A DNA stretch of 61,826 nucleotides, counting the filler, from Basidioascus undulatus (lineage: Eukaryota): NCBI GenBank assembly GCA_000826855.1. It is 7 parts of 7 records of this genome, joined end to end, with 100 filler letters (N's around TTAATTAATTAA, not from the genome) between each part and the next. Parts side by side here need not be neighbours in the genome. Positions count along the whole stretch, not along the records: positions 38,397 to 44,197 come from JTLS01001871.1; positions 44,298 to 50,075 come from JTLS01001872.1; positions 50,176 to 55,951 come from JTLS01001873.1; 4 more parts are not named here. The stretch is one strand, 5' to 3'. The translations under genes and the position numbers were made by a program. The notes under the pieces were generated by a model. That model saw nothing but the letters and a program-made list of their open reading frames with translations, ran no database searches and was not told the DNA's origin. Positions 39,901 to 53,186 of the stretch are shown here, piece by piece. Each line of letters starts with the position of its first letter. Positions within the stretch are counted from its first letter, which is position 1.

Positions 39901-42597
39901 CGGAATCAGCTACGGCAGCGGCGGAACTCACCAAAATGTAATGCGTTGAAGGGACGCCAAGCAGGTTTGCAGCGCAACCCAAAGGGCCGGAGGCACACTG
40001 TAGTCGATGGAGTGCCCGTTGCGCCACGTAAAGTCACGAAGCCCAGTTGCTGAGTTGAGCAGGTCGCGCAATACTGTTAGTGGGGCCACCAAATCAGCAT
40101 TCTGTGGGGCGCCCCAAATATACCAAAAGGTATTGATACGTACGATCCAGTAGTGCCCGTTGCGAGTCGCTCACCCACCTCGGCAGATATACAGCTCTGC
40201 GCAGTCGACCACAACTCACCGAAGACCCCGGTTCAGCACCGGCTCACTTATGGAGCGCGACAAAACGCGCGAAAGTCTTCGCAATGCCTGCAGGGCTCTC
40301 GATACGGAGCGCGAGCGTGCCGGAAACGCGAGCGAAGGCAACGTCGTGCATGTTCCGCGCAACGGTAAGCGGAGCCACGGCAAGCCCTGCTTTGAGGTCG
40401 GCCTCACCGTCGCAGTGGTCGGCGATGCGGTTCAGATGTCGAGCGACAGAGAGTCCGAAATGGGCATCTCGAAAGCGATCGATGGGGCGAAGAATCGGGG
40501 TTGTGAACGATTTCGATGCAAGAGTCAGGGTCGGGACGGTCCAGCACGAAGAGGGGGGGCCGGGTTCTCGAGATTTTGTGAGTGCGTGTGGTGCTGGTGG
40601 TGATGGTGGGAGCGAGAGAGGGGAGTCGTGGGTCGGCGACGGACTCAGCTGTGCAGGCCGCGGGGCGTGCCCAGCGGATTCCGTCTGAGTCCCAAGTGTC
40701 AGTCGCGCAGAGCCACTGCCCACTCTAAGTCTTGCTTCATCTCATTCTGGGTTTCTCTTTCACCCAATAGTTGGTCAGGGCGACACAGGGCTTTCAATCA
40801 GAACTGGACAGCGAATTGCGAAGAGTAGCCCTTTGGGGGATCGTCTCTGTCGATCGAAGGTAATCCCTTCGATACCGTCCCATGGCAGTCGTGTATAGTC
40901 CATGAATTATTTAAACCAGTTCATGAACTCCTCAGTACAATTTCCTGGATTATTTGGTTCCCCAAAACGTCCCGAGGCTGTGACCGCTGATCGGGCCAAG
41001 TCTTCACGACTGTCCGTAGGATTGTTCTCCGACCGTCCAGAAGCACAAGGATAGAACATGAATTATTAAGGCGATTTAAGATCCTCAATGATCTCTGGCT
41101 GTCTTCAAAGAGGGACTTTCCTTCGCTGCGGCAGGTTCCTACCCTAGCCCTGCGCGCCCCAATTGGCCTGCAAGTACCAGTCCATTGCTCTTTTAGCTAC
41201 ACAAACACATCTCACACAATCTGTAAGATAAATTTCTGGAACTACTAACAGCAGGTACCACCATGTATGGCCGAGGTTACATAAAAAGGCAACAGCGAGG
41301 CGTGTCGAGGTATCCTCGCTGACCCTTTCGTTGCCAACCTCTTCCGCTCCTTCTCTTCCTTTGCCTTATCCCCTGATTTAGTTGTTCCTGAGATTTCATC
41401 AGGTCCCCGCTTATTACTACGGTTTTTCTCCGAGCTCCAGGGTCGACTGTTGCACGCTTGGTCATGGTGGAATTCAGTAAGGCCTGCAGAACGACAGTTC
41501 AAGCCCATTCGAACTTCCATACGCACTCGATTGCAACGGAAAAACCTACTCAAGAGCGGAAAATTCCGGTCCAGGGTCGGTCTAAGCCCTACGTCGCCCA
41601 AGGGACTTGAGAAATTCAATGGTCTGCATGGACTTCCGTCCGCGCAACGTATACAAAGCAGCTGGAGCCCTGCTTGGCGCTGCAAGACCGATGCTGCATG
41701 CCAGTGGCTTAGGTACGTCTTCATGCTGTGCTTAAATCCCTTCGACTTGTGAAGTGACTATGAAGAATAGTAGGGGACCATGACTTGAGGTAAGTTGGAA
41801 TCATACTCAGGGCCGGATGCAGACTGTTAAGTGAGCGCGATGTACATGATGGAAGTCTGATCTAGTTCTCATACACAAGAGGGAAGGTAATAGAAATAGA
41901 TCACTACGTATGTACCTGCATTGTCGATTCCAATCAGTCTTAGGCGTTCCAACCCCTCCAGCTGGTGAGCATTAAGCTGCTCAGCGAGGTCGCTTCCGCC
42001 ATTCACTCAAGCCTTTCACCTACCCTCTAATGTACCTTTCCAACCATTTTTGTACACATATACATTCATGCCAGCACTATCTGCAGATTGGCTAGCTCCA
42101 AAGGGCGTCAAGATCAGGATCGTCAACGCGGATAACCGGGGAAGGACTAGCCGCTGAGGCTCAGAGTAACTGTGACCCCGGGAGATGGTTTCTTTGCTAG
42201 GGTTATGGGTATGAATGGGTGGAATAGGTTTATTGCGGATGAAGTACTGAGGGATATGTAGCTTTCCAACTGCGCTGCCTATGCCTGCGACCGCCTGGGC
42301 CCGCAGTCGTGCCTCAGGCCGTGCCTTCAGAGCGGGCCTTCAGAGCGGAGAAACTGGCTACCTCTATGCAAACTCCCCTCATGTTTGCAGAAGAGCTATC
42401 CCGCAAATTTTGGAAACAATCTACTCAGCTCGTTGTCAAGTCTGTCCAACATTGAGGGCATCGGCACGGATGCAGGCACCGACGGAGCGGCTCGCTGAGC
42501 CGCTCGCTCGCCGGTCTTCTCGCCCGCCGTCCTGCGATTGCCCCTTGCCTTCGCACCTTCACCGCCTTTCACTTACCCTGCCCCTCCCTGCCCGCTG

Positions 42598-44155
42598 ATG
42601 GACGAGGGGCCGAGCACACTGACAAAGGGTGCGCCAGCTCAATTTTCGTGGTAGAGTAGGCACAGGGGTATGCTAAGCGCTTGAAGGGAACACGCAGCGC
42701 TGGCCGCCGGCGCGCTCCTTTGGTCCGGCGTGCTCTGGTCCATCTGCCTTCTCGGCTGGCGCATTGCGTTCGTCGCCTGCCTCCTCTCCATCTCTCTCTC
42801 TCCCACGCACAAAGACAAACTCATCTTCTGCTTTATGCAGGCGAGCCCGCTACCGCCATGCCCCCCGCTCGCCGCTGTCCTCCGCGCCCGCGTCGGCCGT
42901 GCCCGGCGTGTCGATCCTCCGCCCGCTTAAGGGGCTCGACGCGAACCTGTACGAGAACCTGGAGAGCTCGTTCGTCCAGGAGTATGCCAACTTCGAGGTC
43001 ATCTTCTCTGTTGCGAGCGAGCATGACCAGGCGCTGGATGTCGTGCGGAGGTTGATCGAGAAGTACCCCGGGGTGAGGGCGAGGGTGATTGTGGGTACGT
43101 CCTAGGAAGGGTGGGGCGTGGGGTGGGAGGAAGGCTAGGGAGGGAAGGAAGGCAATGCTGAGGTGTAGGGAGGTGGACAGGCGCTGAAAACGTCGGAGTC
43201 AACCCGAAGATCAACAACCTCGTCCGCCCCTTCCGGGAAGCCGCAAACGACATCGTCTGGGTGCTGGACTCGAACGTGGACGTGCACCCTGGCACACTGG
43301 CCCGCTCCGTCGACGCGCTCCTCTCCACCTCCACCAGCTCCAGGCCCATCGGGCTAGTGCACCACCTGCCCCTCGCCGTGCACCCGTCCGCTTTGCTTGG
43401 CTCGCGCGTCGAAGAGGCCTTCCTCAACACGACGCACGCGAAGATGTACCTGGCGATCAACGCGCTCGCGGTGGACTCCTGCGTCATGGGCAAGTCCAAT
43501 ATGTACCGGCGGTCGGACGTCGTGCGCCTCGGCGGGCTCGAGGCGTTCGCACGCTTCCTCGCGGAGGACAACATGATTGCCAAACGAATCTGGGCCGACC
43601 TGGGGATGCGGCACGCGATGACGGGCGACGTCGCGAGGAACGCGGTCGGGAACATAAACCTGCGGAGCTACCTCCTCCGCCGCGTGCGGTGGATCCGCGT
43701 CAGGAAATACATGGTCCTCGCCGCGACGCTCGTGGAGCCCTTCACGGAGTCGCTCGTCGCGGGCGCGCTCGCAGCATGGGCGCTGCGTACCCTCGTGGGG
43801 CCCCCCGCGCTGCCGCTCTTCGCCCTCAACCTCGCGCTCTGGTTCGCAGTCGACGTCAGCACGTTCGGTGCTCTCACCGGCGTGCCGCTTGGGGGAGAGC
43901 GGCTCGTCCAGTTCGCTGGCGCGTGGGCGGTGCGCGAGGCGCTTGCCCTGCCTGTCTGGGTGTTTGCAATGGCTGGGAGCGAGATCGGATGGAGGGAGAT
44001 GCGGTTTAGAGTGTTGGTGAGTCGCGGTAGTCTCATTGGCATCGGCTCTGGAAACATTGCTCATGCGCTTGGCGTTGCGACAGAGAAATGGCGAGGCGGC
44101 ACCGGTCGCGCGGAAGGGGGCGGGGTACGAGAGTGTCGCGCAGACGGCGGTGTGA
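42598..44155 (+). CDS. GCS1: Ceramide glucosyltransferase (GT21; HSX11/GCS1), 5 exons
   Basis: Spliced N-terminal TM (ALAAGALLWSGVLWSICLLGW), VSILRPLKGLD, GVNPKINNL, WVLDSNV, GKS, FLAEDNMI, RRVRWIRVRK, EPFTES; TGA at 44153-44155. Confidence 0.95.
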
Positions 44156-44197
44156 GGTGGGGGTGAGGCGGCACCGGTCGCGCGGTTGTGGGCGAGG

Positions 44198-44297
44198 NNN
44201 NNNNNNNNNNNNNNNNNNNNNNNNNNNNNNNNNNNNNNNNNTTAATTAATTAANNNNNNNNNNNNNNNNNNNNNNNNNNNNNNNNNNNNNNNNNNNN
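44198..44297. other. Artificial contig spacer
   Basis: N44-TTAATTAATTAA-N44. Confidence 0.99.
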
Positions 44298-44374
44298 CAT
44301 CCAGTTTGTTTCTTTGCATCAGCTGGCCTTGCTTTTCTGATCCTGCAACTTACTTAAATCAATCAATCCCCCAG

Positions 44375-44974
44375 ATTCACGCCTCCGAGCGTCCCGACTC
44401 TCCTCAAAATTCTCGCCAACAATGCGACGGTGCAGGAGGACTTTACCCGCGCTGAGAATGCAATCATTTTAAAACGTGGCGAAATCGTGGAGCTCCGTAT
44501 CAAGGGTTCCAACCATGGCATAGAGTGCGTCAACGAGCTCTTTTTTTTCATATCTCCAGTTGCTATTAAGCTGACTAAACGTGTTCCTTCTGCTCCAGCC
44601 ACCCATTCCACCTCCACGGCCATGTGTTCGATGTCATCAAGAGCAAAGATGGACCGCCGAACTACGTGAACCCCCCGAGGAGGGACGTCGTTGCCGTTAG
44701 TGGGGGCGGTGTGATTATTCGCTTTGTAGCCGATAACCCTGGCCCGTGGTTCCTTCACTGGTGCGCCCACCAGCGTGTTCCTTTTCTCTGTAAACCATTC
44801 GAATACCCCCATGACACCTTCCTTTCTTGTAGCCACATCGACTGGCATCTCGACGCCGGCTTGGCCGTCGTTTTCGCCGAGGACCCTGCCGGCACACGAG
44901 GCAGAGTCAACCCGAACGACAACTGGTTCAACCTCTGCCCGATTTACGACGCCTTGGACCCCGCTTTGCAGTAG
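44375..44974 (+). CDS. Laccase/multicopper oxidase, domain 3 (last three exons; 5' lost at contig end)
   Basis: PPSVPTLLKILAN, L3 HPFHLHGH, NYVNPPRRDVV, L4 DNPGPWFLHC|HIDWHLDAGL (axial Leu), C-terminus WFNLCPIYDAL. Confidence 0.95.
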
Positions 44975-46094
44975 TTGACATCCTTTTCTTTGCGCGCCGT
45001 CAAATCCGCCCTCTGCCTGATCCCCACTTATACCCGCCTCGAGCAAATCTTTGTCCCGTTCGCGCTTCGGTACCGGCCCAGGCTTATTTGTTCCTGTGCT
45101 CCCCTTCAGCCTCCTACTTGTACATGTCCTCTTAGCATCCCACTGCGGCGTCACATTCAGAGCTTTTACAGCAAAGTTCAGGATAACCGTGCAGGTCAAA
45201 GGTCGACTCCTCCGCAAAGTCACCACAAATAGAAGCTCATCCGCCAGCTGCAGAGTGTAGTGACGTTAATACAGAGTCCTCGATACTTCCTTTACGTATT
45301 GGTTGGACAGTACTTGACGCCGGACCGGACTGAGCTGTCACCGCAACAGAAGCTTCTATCTTTGGTGACCTTCGCATACAGTCGAGTCTTCAACTTGTAC
45401 GGTTATCCTGAATATTGCTGTAACGCCTAGCCCAACAGCTGTGCCCATTGACGCGGCGCTTCCCTGGATCGCTTACGGCCCCCATGAGGTTGTGGCGCAC
45501 TTTCAGGACGAGCACCGCACGGGAGATAATCTCCGCGCCCACCTGAGGACGATGACGGCGAGGAGAGACACCAGAGGTTGGAGAAGGATCGCGGGCGTTG
45601 AGGAGGCTTAATGACGTAGAGACGACTGGATCGGAGCACAGCTGCTTGGACGTGATGGACTGCGCGCACTGGACATCGTGCGGGCTCTTCTGGGAGGGCT
45701 GTCTGTGCGCGGCGCTCAACGAGATCTGTTTTTCCTTCAGTGCACATCACGTCAGTTCGCTCACACTCTAATTACGAACAGGACATAATGTTATATATTT
45801 TCTGCCATTTGACCTGGTTTTTCCTCATCCGGATGGAGACCGGCTCTTTCTCAGAACACCATGCCACACAGGACCTCTGGTGCTGGCCCAGCCCTTTGTC
45901 GCTCTTGCACTCTATCCCTCCTGTAGCCCACTAGCGGCGTCGCAAGCAGAGAGCTCTTAACCCCTAAACATTACCTACTAACCTTTTACCGCGCTGCACG
46001 CGAAGCATTACAAAAGTCCGTGTTGACTAGCGAATGCCGTCGGTCGCGTCCCATCTCAAGGCGCGAAACGTCTGTACAGATCCGGATTCAGGTC

Positions 46095-46124
<30 letters not shown>
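46095..46124. repeat. (CA)n microsatellite
   Basis: cacacacacacacaaacacacacacac. Confidence 0.9.
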
Positions 46125-46125
<1 letters not shown>

Positions 46126-46223
46126 TAAAACCCTCGCAATCTGTCTTTGTCCTTAATTGTTCCTTTTCTCCTGTCGTTCTGCTAGAGTTCAAGCTCCCGG
46201 GTATGTTCCCTTTCCCGTTATGA

Positions 46224-47812
46224 CTAAACGTCAGTACCCCGCGCACATTGAAGATGCATGCTAGATCTGCTAGAGCACTCTATTATTATGAGTATAATGC
46301 TGTCTTCCAACAACACATGCGCTTCTAGGTATACACGATGTTCTGGCTCGAAGCTCTTATACAGAAGTACTCCATCCTTGACTCTGCACGGAAGAAGTGT
46401 CTTCCGTCCACCACGAGCAGGTGAGTGGTTCTTCGCAAGAGTTGAGATGGCAGGCAGAGAGGACAGGACTTGGCTCTGTTTGGAGCGTAGGACCTTGATA
46501 TCTGTGCAGCCATGGAGTCTAAAAGATACATATATGCGTAGATCCAATCCCACAGTGAAAAAGAAAGAGGGGACCAGGAACAAAGAAATAGCGACGGCCG
46601 GTGCAATCTTGCCTATCGGAGTACTGCTGGATATTTCTCTCGAAAACGCATTTGCCGGAAGCTACCTACAACTCTGCAGACCTTTTTGTGCTTCATTTGT
46701 GGTGCATTTCGCGCATTGGCCCGGGTGTGAGTGACGAAGATGCGAAATTATGGCAGCAGCCCCAACTAACTGAACGTTGGTTGTTGTCGCGTGTCACCCA
46801 TTGTGAGATTCATCCTTCCTTCTAAAAGTACTTGGATCCTAACCCTCCACCGAAAGGTGCAACCTGCCCAGGACAAGTTCTTGAAGCAGCGGGAAGATAG
46901 AAGAGCTTGAGCCTTCTGCAAACCAAAGTCCTGGGACAGATGCCAGTGGCGCAACCAGTCCATAGCATTCCTAGTGCAAAGCGTATGCTCCTTTCCATCT
47001 TTGTATCAAAATGCAAATCCCTTTCTGGCTTGACGCCTAGAGCCTTTATCCTCTCAAGCAACGCGTCCGCCGCGTCGTTCCCGCAGTAATACTCGTAAAA
47101 CTCCCACAGTTTTCCTTTCTGAAAATCGCTAGGTTCCGAATAGGCAATCTCTACCGACTGGACATGTAGGTTGCGCAGCAAGATAACCATGAGGTTCCGC
47201 CTAGCTCGTCGGGTAAGACGCAGGGTGGGGACAGTGATGACTTCAAAGCCCGTGGTGTTCCCGCCCAGCGACAGGGCGAAGAGCGCCATGGGACGTCCAG
47301 GCACTGGGCAGGTCTAGGACCGCGTCATCCCCGATCTTCTGACGGAAGAAATCGCGGAAGGCCATCAACAACGACATTGATTCGGGCCGGAGACCCTTCA
47401 AGGCATCGATGAGAGTTAGAGCCTGTGTGAGCGAATCCAGCTTCGGGGCGTGAATCAATCGAATGCACCTCCTTCGCGCTGAGCTTGACCTTGGGTCTTC
47501 ACCGATCGTAAGATAGCCAGGATGGTGGCCTCGTCGCACGGAGCGGTGATGATGAGCGTAGATACCCGCGCCGCTGCGCCTTCGCTCTTTCGAAGATAAG
47601 CGAGGAACGAGTCGGCGAAGAGCTTGTGAGGCGGGCGCTGCGCTCGAGATGATCGAGAGCGAGGGGACCGAGACGCTTGCAGATAAAGAGCGACGAGAAG
47701 GGTGAAGTGTCGGGAGCGGGCGCCGACGGCGCTGAATTGGAATCACCGCCAAGTACGCTTCGAAGAGGATTTGAGAGAGGATATCGTTGGGGAAGTCGAG
47801 GATGTGAGGCAT
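46224..47812 (-). pseudogene. F-box-like protein, frameshifted (copy 1)
   Basis: MPHILDFPNDILSQILFEA is an F-box-like start; SLFICKRLGPLARDHL lies in another frame; further frame changes near 47290. The 3' boundary is uncertain. Confidence 0.55.
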
Positions 47813-49149
47813 AGTGCTGTTATTGAGTTCGTAAGTGGTTGTTTGTGGGTGAATGAGGGAGATGGTGGTAAGTGGCGAAGGGCTGTGAGGCCCCGCGATC
47901 GCCGCCTGCCTCACAATCAAATTCCGCTACTGCATTCCGCCGAGACTGCCTCACCCGTATAGTTCGCGCAATATAGATTTGCTCCTGTAGCACAACTCAG
48001 TTGTCCCAGATTATCCTCTGGTTTATGAGACTGGAGCTTCAGCACCATAGCACCGATGTGCGGCTGCGTAAAGTCGATACTCACTGTTCTTTCAGACCTC
48101 GCCTCCGAGAAAGCTGACAATGTACTGGAATAGACGTTATTGTGTGTGTTAAACTGCAGGCCTGAAAGTTGCATGTGTATGATTTGTGCTCCATTTCCGA
48201 CAATGACATGCTCCTTCTTAGTTGATTAAAACGTTGAGCAACCTGGCGCCATGTCGGATGGCAGAATCCATATTTTATCTGTTAATGCAACGGGTAAAAG
48301 TCGACATGCAGGCAGGATAAGAAGTTGTGCCTTAGGAGGAGTTGAAGATCCAGTTGGGTATAGGAACCGGGTGGCTTGCCACCGCATTGCCAAATGCCTG
48401 TCCGATCTTGCGGCTAACGGACCAAAAGTGAAGGTTAATGTTGCAAAAGCAACAGCCCGGGTTCGAACCGGGGGCCTCCAGATTTGCAATCTGACACTCT
48501 ACCACTGAGTTACTGCTGCTGCGCTAAATGCAGCTCCCTTCTCTTCTGCTACCCGCCGGCCGTTGCTTCGATGGTTCGGGATTTTGTGACACTTTCCCGA
48601 ACACAGCTCAGTCCCGACAGAAAATGTATGGGCCATAAAGCCAGACATTTTGTCAGATCTATCAGAGTAGCTGTGCTTCATTGGTCCTTCCAAGTCGAGA
48701 TGTCGAGCACAGCCACGTCAGGCATCGCTTATTTGAGACTGTGGATTCTGGAAGTCTCTTCTGTTCCATCATAACAATTTGAGCACACAAGAACATAGGC
48801 AAGATTCGAAACCTCGTCATCAGCTTTTGCAAGTCCCACCAGAAAACACAACATAGAGTTAAGTGTTCCGCGTGCAGCCAGCAACGACTATCACTTGCAC
48901 TTCAGCACCCGGACATACTCTTAAATGCTCTGAAAAATACCCTGTCCTTCCAGACCCCCATGTTGATCATACTTGCAAGCGTTACATCTTCCAGCACATG
49001 TGTAGGGAAGCCACGCAGAGTTTTTTCCGACTGCGCACGCTGGTAACGCGATGCAGGGAGGCATGAACTCTTCAAGTTGTCGTTTGAAAACTCTCAAGTT
49101 GGCGCAAGGTGTAAGTGTCCTTATATAAGTGCAGATGGCTGGTATCTGC

Positions 49150-50060
49150 AGTGATGGTACACGAGGAGAGCCGACAAGGCTTTCCGGCCTTCCCGGTTGT
49201 GCAGGCGAGCTCTACCCTTCCCGTTGTGACGATCCCGGGAACCTCTCTCTTCTACTCAATATTGTGGGAACTAAGTACACGAAAATTGGCAATCCTTCCG
49301 CCATACTCGAGCAGATCTGGAATACAGACGGAATCGCAAGCTGGCTGCTAATGTTACACGCTCGGGCACAGGTTTGATTGTGCATAGTGCGAGGCTCGTC
49401 CCACTCCCGCCCCCTCCGTGCATCAGAACCCATCTCTATCCGGTATCACCTCCGAGACTTCCACCCGTTTGAGAAGCTCGTCTCTCGATGTTTCCCCGTG
49501 ATGATAGGCATATAGTTTCAGCCATTCGGCCTTGAACGAGTGTCCGTCCGACCGCCGTACCCTCTCCAACGTACTAACGTTGGGATTGCTAATAAGGGAT
49601 GCCCCACATTTCGAACCAAAGCTCCCAGAGAGGCGCAGTGTAAGGATTGGGATGGAAGTCCACTTCGGCCTGTCAGTCTTGATGTCTCCGTCGAGCGACA
49701 GATAGCGAAGAGGGCCCCGAGACGTCCAGGTTTTAATCAGCTCCAGTACCGCTCCAGTTGGCCCTATTGGACCGAGGAAACTAGAGTAAAACAGGCACAA
49801 TGACACTGATTCCGGCCGAAGGACCTTCAAGATTCGCAGAGAGTCCGATCTCCGAGCTCGAGAGTCTTGACCGCCGCACAGAGCGCGGGGTGGCCATGAT
49901 GGTTGCTTCGTGGTGCGCACCGGTGGATGACGAGCGTCGAAACCCGTGCTCCCGCATTCTCGTTCTTTGGCAGATAAGCGAGGAACGAGACGCACTGCGC
50001 CGAGCTCGTGAGACGGACGCTACGCCATGTTGTGGTAAGCGTGAATACTTCTTCAACCCC
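49150..50060 (-). pseudogene. Paralogue of the 47.8-kb F-box-like gene (copy 2), degraded and cut by the contig end
   Basis: Shared blocks: RLVPRLSSKER/RLVPRLSAKER, LKGLRPESMSL/LKVLRPESVSL, AVLDLPSAWTSHGALR/AVLELIKTWTSRGPLR, LLERIKALGVKPERD/LLKRVEVSEVIPDRD. Confidence 0.55.
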
Positions 50061-50075
50061 ATTCGGCAGTAGCCC

Positions 50076-50175
50076 NNNNNNNNNNNNNNNNNNNNNNNNN
50101 NNNNNNNNNNNNNNNNNNNTTAATTAATTAANNNNNNNNNNNNNNNNNNNNNNNNNNNNNNNNNNNNNNNNNNNN
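50076..50175. other. Artificial contig spacer
   Basis: N44-TTAATTAATTAA-N44. Confidence 0.99.
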
Positions 50176-51329
50176 CTACTGGCACGCGAGTAGGAGCGCA
50201 GACGGCACAGCAATCCACTCTGCCTCCCTGTCTCCGCAACACGGGGATCATGGGTAGGCGATCGCTCCCTTACACAGCCGCCGTGGTCGATCCGGAACCA
50301 CGGCCAGCTGGAGCGCGCGCCGTTCTGCATGCCTAGGGAGCCTCTGCCGATCCGCGCTGCCACAGTGACTGCTTGAACACAACCTCTGTTCTGGGTGCGC
50401 TCGCTCGCCGATTATCCCGACCTTGGGTAGGCGGTACTCCCAACCGAGAAGCCAGGTGCCACAAGGGTATCGATTATCTTGAACATTCTATTTTTTTTCT
50501 GAAGCCTCGGATAGCCGCCATGCTGAAGCAGCTGAACGCAACTGGCGGTTGCATGTCGATGATTTGGTTATGCGTTGTTCTACCCGCCTGTGGAATATTT
50601 AAGCAGCTTCCATAATACTTTAGTTTTTGAGAAAGGGGCCTTATGCTTTCTCATTCGCAGTACAAAAGCTGCGGGGACAGCTTGCTTATTATGCAAGTCA
50701 GCCACTTCGCCTAGCAAAAGGAGCCACCTGCGGCGTTCTACTTCTCAGCACATGTTCTGTTACAAGCAAACACTACAGTCTCCCGCAATATGAGTTTCAT
50801 TCGACCCTCTCCTTCCCCGATCTGACGCTTGCTTTCATCCATCGCCCCTCCGGCTCCATACCTCCCGCTCCGCAGCGTCCCACCGCCCCTCGGACTCCCT
50901 GGCCAGCTGAACGGCTTTGTCAAGCTCCGGCTCCCATTGCGAGTGCAAGCTCCCTCGTCTGTGCCACAAAAATACAAAGGCCGCAACGACTCGCTGTATG
51001 TAATGGCAAGTGCTGAATACCTATGGGCCCGAACTGATGCACTTTCCCTGGAGGCGGTGCAGTGCTGCCGGTGTCACTGCTGACTGCGAAGGCGCCTGGG
51101 TATCGCGCCACTTGACCGACAAACTGTCCTTCTCTTCCCACTCTCGCCAACTCTCACTCTCAAATCAGTCTTACGTGGAAACTCATTCGCAGCTCGCATT
51201 CGAGACTCGTCATCTCGAAGTACCTGACCCCCCAGACAGGAATGTCCGTCATTCCAGTCTCTGTTAACGTTCGACAAGTTCCTACTCTGGCTCAATTCTT
51301 CTTTCGGCTGGAGAAGAATCCTCGCATAT

Positions 51330-52672
51330 GCCGTTTCCCTCGGGGGAGCCGCATACGCAGCTTACGCCGCACTCACCCGCGCCCGCCTCTTCGCTGGCCC
51401 TCCTCCCAAGCACAGCCCCGCTATCCACCGCGGGCCTCGGTTCACTTACGGACCCAGAGCTTGGAAAAGCTCGGGACGTATTGTACCCGATAGATTGTTC
51501 GAATGGAGGCGCGGAGGTGAAGCTCCCCTTGGTCGGGTCCAATACTGGCTCTTCGGGCCGAATGAGGGGAAGAATGGAATGTGCGTCCTTCGTGGCGTGC
51601 ATCGCTTATTTTACGATGAGCGCTGAGACAGCTAGTGAAAGGCCGTCCTTCTTCACGGATTCTCCATGCCGTCCGTGTTTTGGAAGGATGTTGGCCCAGC
51701 GCTGGCGGCGGCGGGGCATCGGGTGCTCATCTTCGGTGCGTGCACGCTGACTGGCTGCAGCGTCTGCGTCGGCCAGCTGACATCTGAGATTCTGACCGTC
51801 CCCATACGTTCAACAGACTTTTATGGTTGAGGCTACTCGGAATCTCCGCACACCGACTACAACGCCGCATTGTACACTTCCACCTTTGCGCTGCTGCTCC
51901 AGCACGTTGAGTGGTCGAAGGCGTCACTGGTCGGACTCTCGATGGTATTGCTCTCAGTTCAAAAGCCGTATGCAAGCAGATACTGAAATTGTTGTTTTCA
52001 GGGCGGTGGAATAGCGGCATGTTTCATAGAACCCTTCCCAAGCATGGTCGACGATGTCGTTCTGATCGCTGCGGTGGGCATGGCGGAGGAGCCGAATGGC
52101 CAGCTGCATGAGCTGCGATGCCTGTCCAAAGCGGGGATGAAGGCCTTCGTACGTTTTATTCTTTTGATATCCATGTATGTACTATAGTGTTGGACGCTTA
52201 TGTGTTCCCATTGAACCGGCAGAGAACCTGCGCACCGAAAGAGCCTTACCTTTTCCCCGCCGAAGGAAGGGTAGGCTCCGCTGTATCCGAACTTGGAGCG
52301 GCTTTTACGCTCCTCCAAAAAGTTGAGCAATTACCTTCATTTTTGGCTGACTTCCCGAGCCCATTCAATAGGTCGTCGAATTTCAATCCCACCTTCCAGG
52401 CTTCAGCTACGCCCTCCTAAGCACCCTCCGCCACGGCGTCTTCTACAGCCACGAGGCAGCATTCGCTTCTCTTCAACACCATAAGACACTGGCTTAATGA
52501 TGCTTACAGCTTGTGTATAGGGCACGGAGGACAGCACCGTCCCCTACGAGACCGTACACCTGATTAAGAAGCTGGTGCCAGACATGCAGCTCGTCACGCT
52601 GGACGGCGCAGAGCACGATTTGTGGCGGATCGGACGGACGAGGTTGTGCAGGCGCTTGTAGACTTCCTGTAA
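51330..52672 (+). pseudogene. Alpha/beta-hydrolase, disrupted
   Basis: LYPID...GGAEVKLP, frameshift, GRVQYWLFGP; VLLHGFSMPSVFWKDV; DFYG-TGA(51828-51830)-GYS; nucleophile elbow GLSM|GGG; GTEDSTVP; GAEHDL, frameshift, DEVVQALVDFL*. Confidence 0.85.
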
Positions 52673-53186
52673 AGCTCGGTGGAAATGGAGTACCGTCGTA
52701 CATGTCAAAATGAAACAGTGATTCCCCAGCGAGATGACAGGCAACTTCTCAATCTTTAAAATTTATGATAGTTTGGTGGTCTTAACCAACTACAGCCACA
52801 TTCGATGTTCCGACACCTATCGCAAACATGAGGAACTACAGCAGGCGCAACACATGCTGGTCGAAAGTTTTGGATACATGATGACACGAGACAGACGTGA
52901 ACTGCGCAAGAAAAGCCCCTCCTTAGAGTCTCTGTCTCCTCTACACGCAACTCCGTCCCCATCAAATCAACTAAGGGTACGTCCAACTTGGCGAGCGTGG
53001 CAGTAAGCCAGAACCAAGCAAGGCTCCAAGCAAGGCTCCAAGCCTCGAGGACCTGTTAGTATTCGAAAGAGGATAGGCGCCTCCACACGGAAATGTGAGG
53101 GCAAGTTCTCCCTGGATTATGCTTCGAAGAACGGGTAAATTAACTCGACTCCATATCCACTCAGCCCTTCGGGCAGCAGGAGAGTC

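Noticed and set aside
44093..44197. 21-nt direct repeat of the GCS1 3' coding sequence (gaggcggcaccggtcgcgcgg)
   Set aside because: It lies at the contig end in G-rich sequence; likely a local duplication or assembly artefact.
45955..45995. Telomerase-template-like TAACCCCTAA
   Set aside because: A single short motif with no supporting structure; expected by chance.
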